Assembly: GCA_964016885.1 (NCBI GenBank)
Contig: OZ024743.1
Coordinates: 313,410,001 to 313,474,000, forward strand
Direction of reading: 5' to 3'
Source: Eledone cirrhosa
Taxonomy: Eukaryota
DNA length: 64,000 nucleotides
Positions 54,996-64,000 of this stretch are shown here, piece by piece (the first letter of the stretch is position 1; each line of letters opens with the position of its first letter). A program made the translations under genes and the position numbers. Under the pieces are notes generated by a model. The model ran no database searches. It saw only the letters and a program-made list of their open reading frames with translations, and had not been told where the DNA came from.

Positions 54996-55970
54996 AATGG
55001 AGTAGCGAATTTTAAAATCCCTCTGACTTAACTTTAGTTTGTTTAGTTAACTTTAGGATGATTGAATTTAATTTTGCACCCGGTTGTCTCCCCCGTGTAA
55101 TTGCATCACAATTAAGTGCGGAATGGGGAGTTAACATTTTTTTCATTAAACTTATGCGTCATTTCACATTCCTAACCAAGAAAGCGTGATTTAACCCAGG
55201 TGTAAATTTTAACGCCTACTGTATGTGGATTGTGCTATTTCACACTCATGCCTAAACTTTACGAATGTGTGTTTAGTTTTTGCACCCGGTTGTCTCCCCC
55301 GTTTAATTGCACCTCAATTAAGTGCGAAATGGCGACCTCTGGCCAACCACACACCAGTGAGTTGTGTTCAGTAGATTTCATCACACTTATTTGTATTATC
55401 TAACCAATCAGACAACTCGAGTGTTGTTCATTGAGCGAAATCACTCCTATTTATATCGGTCAAGTGCGACCTAGGGTCACACTTCTTTTTTGGCTTTTGA
55501 CAGGTGGTAGGTTTTTTTACATGCGTACTCTCATAAGCTACGCCATGTTTCTGAAACGCATGCTTCTTCAATATTTATCACCTTAAAGAAGGTTTAGTTA
55601 ATGTGTTTATGGTCATACGGTTCCAGTTTATCATGCTGTGATTTTTCGGCCATTTTTGCCTGTATCCTTTCAATGGTTAGTACTTACTTATTGCTATGTT
55701 CGAACTGAACAAACATATATACAATTATATACCTACCACAGTAGCCACACTATTTAATTTACTTTATCACTGGTAGTCCGCACGCTGTGTTGTCCCTAAC
55801 TTAAAACCTGAAATTTGACTGGTACACAAAATCTTGCAAAACATACCCATTTTCTCAGACCACATAGATTTACCAGATTTTTTTACAATTTATATCCGTG
55901 TTTAGATTTTCTTACTTAAACGTTATTTGTCCACTATTTATCGTTCTCCCTGGTTAGTTTTCTAAAAACA

Positions 55971-58900
55971 ATGCCCCACAAGAAAATAACTTTCATTGGT
56001 CGATTATCTAATGATGCTTGTAGGTCTAAGCGAAGACGTCTCACCGAAGATGTAAATGCGACTGCGATCAGGCTCTCACAGAATGCTGTGCACACGGCAG
56101 CTGCAAGAGCGGAGGAGGATGACAGTAGGCGTGAACTTTGACGGAACAAAGATGCTGCCGCGACCGCTGCTGCTCGCGCTCGAGAGGATGAAGGACGACG
56201 TGCCGTTCGACGAAGCAGGGTCGCCACTGCAACATCCGCTGCTCGCGCTCGAGAGGATGAAGGACGACGCGCCGTTCGACGAAGCAGGGTCGCCACTGCA
56301 ACATCCGCTGCTCGCGCTCGAGAGGATGAAGGACGACGCGCCGTTCGACGAAGCAGGGTCGCCACTGCAACATCCGCTGCTCGCGCTCGAGAGGATGAAG
56401 GACGACGCGCCGTTCGACGAAGCAGGAACGCTACTGCAATAGCCGCCGCTCGCGCGCGAGAGGATGAAGGACGACGCACCGTTCGACGAAGCAGGGACGC
56501 CACTGCAACATCCGCTGCTCGCGTCCGAGAGGATGAAGGACGACGCGCCGTTCGACGAAGCAGGGACGCCACTGCAACATCCGCTGCTCGAGAGGATGAA
56601 GGACTACACGTCGTTCGATGAAGCAGGGACACCACTGCAACATCCGCTGCTCGCGCTCGAGAGGATGAAGGACTACGCGCCGTTCGACGAAGCAGGAACG
56701 CTACTGCAACAGCCGCCGCTCGAGAGGATGAAGGACTACACGTCGTTCGATGAAGCAGGGACGCCACTGCAACATCAGCTGCTCGCGCTCGAGAGGATGA
56801 AGGACTACGCGCCGCTGTTGCTGCACGAAATACTGAAACCATAGAGAAGCGACGTGGCCGACTTCTTCAATCATTGTTACGTGGCATTTCTAGGACTTGC
56901 AATTCACAATGGTTGTTGAAGGCCTTTAACTACAACCCCTCCTCCGACTACACTGTCCATGCAGGCATTCAAATTAGGGAAATGACCGCTACTTTCCAGT
57001 TTTGTCGTACGAAAACGGGGCCAGGAGAGAGAGATAGAATGTTCTATTCAAACCCTAAAGTTAAACTACCTCCTATTCACGATCCTCCAGAAACATTGCA
57101 ACTCCATTTGACAGACACGACGGAGGAATCATCGAAGTTCCTGCGTATTATCCGCCGCTACAATTCCGCGTTTCAGATGACATCCTTCGGAGCAAAGCTT
57201 ACCTCAGAACGTGGGTTCATGCCAACTTTCAAGGTCCGGGGGCAGATCTACCACTTGATTGGTTCTATTCAGCCTCTGGTAGAAAAGGATCCCCAATTTC
57301 TTCAGTTATACTTCGTTGGAAACTATCAGGAGCAGGCAGAGATGCGAAACTCTAATTCGTTCGAAACTAACATTAAAACCATAATAAAACTTCAAGAAAT
57401 GCTTCATGACAAAAACAGCTATGTTCGCAGTTTCAAGTACGCTTTGGAGACAGCCACTGACCCAAACTTTAGTGTGGTCATACATGCTGACCGAAGGCCA
57501 TCTGGAAAACACGCTGGTCGGTTCAACGCACCAACATGTAATGAGATTGCTGCGGTTTTTTGTGGTGAACAGCACACCAAGAGAGATAACATTCTAAAGC
57601 ACCGAGACAGCACATTACAGCGTATCAATGAGACACACAGGTCTTATGATGCACTTCAGTATCCATTACTATTTGTCAACGGCGAGGACGGATACCATTT
57701 CGGCATTCCTCAACATTCAGCAGGCAATGGTGAGGCACATCACCTGCATGGATTTCTACGCTTTCCGATTTATGGTAGGGGACAATTCATTCAACCATCT
57801 ACACCGTTCTCGGGACCCTTTCCAACAATTTGCTGTTGATATGGCCGTTAAAATGTAGTCCGAGAGATTATGGTTCATTAAATTAAATTAAAAGAAACTT
57901 CAATCTGAATGCTACATTCATCTATGCGATGGAATTAACAACGACGTGTCCCCAGACAATTTAGGGCAAGTGTGTATTTTGCATTCAACGTTCACAGGGG
58001 GACACCGATACATGCACGAGAGGACTCAGGACGCCATGACTTACGTACGACATTATGGGCGCCCCGATCTTTTCATAACGTTTACATGCAATCCCAAGTG
58101 GAAGGAGATTACAAATGAACTGTTCCACGGTCAAGCGCCAAGACACAGGCACGATCTCATAGCAAGAGTGTTTCGCCTGAACTTATCCAAATTAATAGAT
58201 TTATTAAAGAAAGGACATGTTTTGGGGCCTGTCAAGTGCGACATGTACACGGTTGAATAGCAGAAACGAGGGCTGCCGCATACCCATATCTTGATTTGGT
58301 TGGTTACAAAAATCAGTTCAAACTACATCGACAAATTCACTTCTGCCGAACCACCTGATCCGTCGATTGACAAGGACCTCTTCTCTATAGTCACATCAAA
58401 CATGGTCCATGGTCCTTTCGGACATGGACTCAATATGAAGTCACCGTACATAAACAACGGAAAGTGTACAAAACGATATCCCAGGCCGTTTTTACAGGAA
58501 ACACAGACTGGTGGTGACGGATATCCGTTGTATAGGCGCAGGAGACCTGAAGACGGTGGGTTCACAGCAAAAGTTGGCGAACGCAAAATCGAAACAGCTG
58601 GATAGTGCCATATTGCCCCCTCTTGAAAGCGTTCAACGCCCATATAAACATCGAATTTTGCAACTCAGTAACATCAATTAAATACGTTTGTAAGTACGCA
58701 AACAAGGGATTGGATGCTGCCGTCTTTGGTCTTCGTCATGAAAACAGTAGAGACGAGGTATCTGACTACCAAGCAGGCCGATACATTAGCAGCAATGAAG
58801 CCTTTTGGCGCATTTTTGGCTTCCCACTGCACAAACGATACCCCGTCATTAAACAACTTGCCGTTCACCTCGTAAACGGTCAACGGGTGTATTTCAATGA

Positions 58901-61025
58901 TGCAACAGCTGCTCAGCTAGCGATCTCACCAAAGGAAACTACACTCATCGCTTTTTTCAAACTTTGTCAACACGACGACTTCGCTCGAACTCTGCTGTAT
59001 TCTGAAATACCGTCTTACTATACATGGAACCAGACAAAATGGCTACAAAGGAAGGTAGCGCAAGAGGTGACTGGACATCCAGGCATCAAATTCGACAATT
59101 GCCTTGGGCGAGTTTATACGGTCCACCCTACCCAACACGAATGCTTCTACCTGCGACTTCTGCCTCATTTGGTAAGAAAGCCGCCCAGCTTCACTCATCT
59201 GAGAACCGTCGATGGATACGCCTGCTGAACGTACAGGGAAGCCTGCTTCAGGCGTGGACTTTTAGAAGATGATGCACAATGGGGTGCAGCCTTGACGGAA
59301 GCTGCCATCTCACAATCATCCCATAGTTTAAGGGCACTTTTTCCTATCCTCCTACACGTCTGTGAATTGAGCGATCCTTACTCTTTATAGCAAAAGTTTA
59401 AAGATGATTTCGCAGACGAATATAGGCGTCTCGCTCAATTGTAATCTCCAAACTTAGATGTCGGCTTTTCAGACGCTATATATAACAGAGCTCTGATCGA
59501 TATTGAAGACAGAGTGGCTTCAATGGGCGGAGATGTCTTGGAGAAATATGGGCTTCCGAAAACACTTCGAGATACGCCATCTGACATTCCCAACGACATT
59601 ATACGTGAAACGTCATATGATATCGACGAACTGAAAAGGTATGTTGAAGAAAATGAACCAAAACTTCTAATGGATCAAAAACAAGCCTACAACATTGTCG
59701 TCGATTCCATCCGTAATCGGGCAGGGGGTATATTCGTCCTGGACGCACCTGGAGGCATGGGCAAAACATTTGTAATCAAACTTTTACTCGCTGTAGTGAG
59801 GCAACACGGAACCATCGCATTGGCCGTGGCTTCTTCCGACATTGCAGCAAATTTGCTGCCTGCTGGCAGGACGGCCCATTCTGCCTTCAGTCTTCCTCTC
59901 AACGTGGCATTATCTGAGACACCCATGTGCAACATCAGCAAGTCTTACGGAAAAGCACTGGTGTTAAAGTGCTGCCTACAATTGTTTGGAACGAATGCAC
60001 AATGGCCCACAGGGCGGCTTTTGAGGCATTAGACCGATCATTCAGAGACATCAGGGCCTGTCAAGAACCAATGGGAGATGTCACTTTCCTGTTATCTGGG
60101 GACTTCCGACAGACTGCCTGTAATCCCAAAAGGTACGCGGGCTGATGAGGTTGGTGCATTCCTTAAGGCCTCCCCACTTTGGAGTTATGTAAGAAAGCTG
60201 ACGCTTACAACAAACATGAGAGCACAACTGCAAGGTGATGAGACATCAGTGGGTTTTGCTGCTGCCATTTTGTTCTTGGGAGATGGCAAAGTCCCACTCG
60301 ACGGAGATGGTGCAGCGGACCTCACAAGAATTTGCAGATGCGTTAAGTCAATTGCTGAGTTACGGAGTCTGTTTTTCCTAATCTTGAGGAGAACTACACA
60401 AATCAAGAGTGGTTGTGTGAACGTGCAATATTGGCTTCGTAAAACCACATAGTTGGAAACATCAATGAATAGCTCATGCTATGCTTGCCTGGAAACCTGC
60501 ACCTCTACAAGTCCCTTGACTCTATGGCTGATCCGGAGGAAGTTGTTAATTACCCCCACAGAATTTCTTAACTCCCTGGACCCTCCTGGATTGCCACTAC
60601 ACTTACTGGGACTTAAGAAAGGTGCCCCTGAAATGCTCCTCAGGAATTTGGAACCCCGAAGGCTTTCCAACGGCACGCGACTGGTCGTCCAAAAGGCGAT
60701 GCCTCATGTTATTGACGCAACAATACTTACAGGATGTGATAAGGTGGACACTGTCTTCATACCAAGGATGCCTCTCATTCCATCCGGTAAAGACATTCCT
60801 TTCACATTCAGAAGGCTACAATTCCCTCTCGGGCTCAGTTTTGCGATGTTGGTTAACAAATCATAGGGCCAGACGCTGACGGTCGTACGGCTTAATTTAG
60901 AAGAACCGTGCTTCTCTCATGGTCAACTATATGTTGGCTTCTCTCGAGTCGGTAGCCGACATAACCTATTTGCTTTTGCAACTCGCGAGAAAACCCAAAA
61001 TATAATCTATAAGGAAGTTTTGTAG
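55971..61025 (+). pseudogene. Helitron Rep/PIF1 helicase (RepHel), multiple stops and frameshifts
   Basis: ATG 55971 is in frame with ORF 56874. Motifs: IRRYNSAFQMTSFG, YDALQYPLL, GRPDLFITFTCNPKW, VE*QKRGLPHTHIL (HUH), IKYVCKYANKG, DAPGGMGKTF, GRTAHSAF, GDFRQ, LSNGTRL, QFPL, GQLYV. Confidence 0.93.
56172..56812 (+). repeat. Coding minisatellite, about 10 x 69 bp (two 63 bp units)
   Basis: cgagaggatgaagga at 56181, 56250, 56319, 56388, 56457, 56526, 56589, 56658, 56721 and 56790; encodes AREDEGRRAVRRSR(V/D/N)ATATSAAR. Confidence 0.93.
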
Positions 61026-62029
61026 GCAGCCCATCCGCCAACAACATCCAATAAGTTCTTACATTTGCTGTATCCATGTGCTATTTTTGTCCATTTGAAA
61101 ATACCACGTACTCCTCTGAGGTTGCTTTTGCTATACGTTATAAATGTTCAATGTCTCCGTTTTCCGCATTTATACGTTGCTATTACGCTTTTCTATCGAT
61201 GTTCCGTAGTTTTAACCTAATTAATCTACTTTTCCCTACATCTTATTTACACATTTTTTTTACATTCCAGCGTGATCTTGCCAAGGCCGTTTTTGTGGCC
61301 ACCGACTGTTACATGCTTTTCTAGGTTACAATCTCAAATAACAAGCAAAGCAAATACAACACACAAAAGTTGTGTGAAGGACTTCTTAAGGGCCACCACC
61401 TCTAATCGGAGTCGTCTTTGCTGACAGCTCTGCCGCTGGTACTTTTAACAGTGACCGATCCAAGGCCCTCCCCAAGGCCACCAAGTTTAAATTGTTCCCA
61501 TCGGATTCATCTTTGATGGCACCACCACCGCTGAGATATTTCAAAGTGAACGTTCTAATGTCCTCTTTAGGGCCAACACCTATAAATTGTTACTTCTATA
61601 GTCGTGTTTAACGGAAGTCTTTCGGTTCATTTGAACGACTACTCCATTGAGAGTTATACCGGGCAACGCCGGGTACCTCTGCTAGTTCTAGAATAAAACA
61701 ACCTGTGTTAAGTGTGCTATATTGGTTAAATCTATATTATCTTTACATATGAGATTTCCATTGCATACATTTTATAAAAAAAAAGTGTTGTGTTTACTAT
61801 AAGTGTTTTTACGTAGATATTTGAAGCTGGAAGTGAAATATATTTTCCTAAAGAAGATCGGATCCATTATTTTCATTGTTTATATTCCGTGCTTGAAAGT
61901 AATATTTGTACGATTTTACGGTTCCTGACAGTGTTGGACCGTGTATTGTGTTTCATTGTGATAGTGTATATAGTTTCAGTCTTTTCTGTGTTCAAAAGTA
62001 TCTAAACACTAACAACAGAATCAACATCC

Positions 62030-62360
62030 TCCTCCTCATCATCATCATCATCGTCGTCACCATCATGATCATGATGAGGATGATCATCCTCATTAAAAGC
62101 ATCACCATCATCAAGAACTATATCACCACCAACAACAACATTAAAAGCAACAGTATCACCACCGACTTCATCAATATCAACAATAACAACAATACAATGA
62201 TGATAACCGGAATATCAACAACATCATCATCAATATAACCAATAACAAGAAATACATCTTCAACATCATCATCATAGACATCAACGTCAACATCAACATT
62301 ATCATCATTAATAGCATAACCATCATCATCATTATCATCATCATAAAGAACAACAACAAA
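62030..62360. repeat. Degenerate (ATC)n/(AAC)n low-complexity tract
   Basis: Directly visible. Confidence 0.85.
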
Positions 62361-63890
62361 CTCTCGTTATGGGTAAAGTTCAAACTTCTCGAATGTCGAT
62401 AAGATTCGTATCAAACAGTTACTTCGTTCGATTTTTTCAATCAATTTTTACACCATATATTTGTCCTTTTGCCAAGACGAGAAATCAGTAAATTATATGA
62501 AGTAAAATTTGATGAAGAAAAACAAAACGATCTATTACAGAAATAAACTACAAAAATAACAAAACAGCTTCTAAAATATTTATTTATTTATTTTCATTTA
62601 GAAACTAATAAAGAATAATATTAGTATGGTTTATCTTTGAAAGAAGGCAGACATATTTAATAGATGATTATTATAAAAAAATATTTACCCCACATAATAA
62701 TAGACATATGGTTGGTCTCACTTTATTACTAGAAGCTCTTTCATAATCTTTAGTTTATTTTGTTTAAACAATATTGAACAATATTAAATCTATGATGTGT
62801 GGTAAGAGATATGAGATGTCATTTTTAAGTCCACGTTTCCCTATTTGTATTGGATGGACGAAGACAGGAGTTTATATTGGTAATTAAGAGACTGGGGTTA
62901 CCTGACTACAAGACAGACCCTAGATTCACCAAACATTGCCGGTACACAGCTGGGTGAAATTGAGGAAAAATGAAATGAAGTGGTTTGCTTAAGAATACAA
63001 TGTCACTCGGTCCATTAAGCCAGGCGCCTTCTCTTGATATAAGACATGCACATTACATTAAATAATTGTTATTGATAAATAATTATTTTGCATAATAAAA
63101 TACATACGGTTGGTTACATTATATAAATTGGATAACATGGAGATCTAACATAGTCTTTAGTATAAAGCAATAAGGAAATGAAGAATAAAATAAAAATAAA
63201 AGAAATAAAGTGAAAGAAGAAATTAAACAAAAAAAGGAAGGGAGCGGGGCGGGAGCAAGAGACTCTACACCCAGTCTGATCGGTATCTCGCAAATGCGTC
63301 CAGCAGACGAAATGGCTAACGCATTGGCACGTCTTTAGTTCAAGTTTCAAGTAAAAATGTAACATTTGGCGAATACTAACGTTTATGTATGCTAATATGC
63401 AGATATTAAGACTGAGAAGAATGGAGCTACATCTTAGCGGACGATATATCCGTGTCTCTTCTGACTGTATGTGTCTCTGTCAGCGACAGAGTATAGAAGC
63501 CTGGTGAAGGTAGCAATGAACCTGTAATGCATCATTACGATAAACATGTAACTTGCCATTGAATAACATAACAAATACGCGAGTGACGAGCCAATGCTAA
63601 GTATTAGTAGATTCCGAAGAATATCAAAGCATGCACATGTATATGTTCCTTTATGGTTAGTGCGTTATACTAGAGGTGAAAGTAATGTAGTGATAAAAGA
63701 GATCTAAAGTAATATATAAGTTTAAATAACCAAAGAACCGTCATAAAGGTTATACAACTACACACATATACGCATACAGTCATACCTCTAGTTTTGTGTA
63801 TATATGGGCATATACAAAATATATATGTATGTAAGTGTAATTGACCCAACATACGTATATGCTAATATGTATGTATATATATATATATTA

Positions 63891-63993
<103 letters not shown>

Positions 63994-64000
63994 ACATATA

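Larger units (their letters stand above)
53783..61685 (+). mobile_element. Full-length Helitron (decayed, formerly autonomous)
   Basis: 5' A|TCTATCTATATA...TAAAAC; 3' hairpin taccgggcaacgccgggta (61657-61675) then CTAG|T; internal RepHel gene. Confidence 0.93.

Noticed and set aside
56172-56812. CRISPR-like regular repeat
   Set aside because: No unique spacers, eukaryotic context, and it is a plain coding tandem repeat.
55934-56844. 302 aa minus-strand ORF and alternative plus-frame repeat ORFs
   Set aside because: Shadow frames of the 69 bp coding minisatellite; the true frame is continuous with RepHel.

Overview
Repeat-saturated, non-genic eukaryotic DNA. The dense (TA)n/(CA)n/(GA)n microsatellites and the tRNA-derived SINEs point to a cephalopod (Octopus-like) genome; this is an inference. 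No host protein-coding gene is supported. Large elements: four RTE-clade LINE pieces bounded by (TA)n that fit two elements split by an ~8.5 kb inversion (2.9-14.3 kb), a Penelope-like GIY-YIG remnant, decayed R4/Dong-like LINEs, two full-length head-to-tail L1/Tx1 LINEs in an (AAT)n array (27.7-39.4 kb), and a complete but decayed 7.9 kb Helitron (53.8-61.7 kb). The most striking signal is a set of small non-coding units beside microsatellites that carry type I hammerhead ribozymes. Two of them (231 bp at 22.1 kb, 440 bp at 52.3 kb) are terminally redundant monomers resembling retrozymes (circular-RNA-derived retroelements), and the 440 bp unit has three phased octamer-type motifs upstream of its ribozyme. 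Several fold-back structures are also present, including a MITE-like element wrapped around a tRNA-like cloverleaf. All calls were made by eye, and coordinates of decayed elements are approximate.
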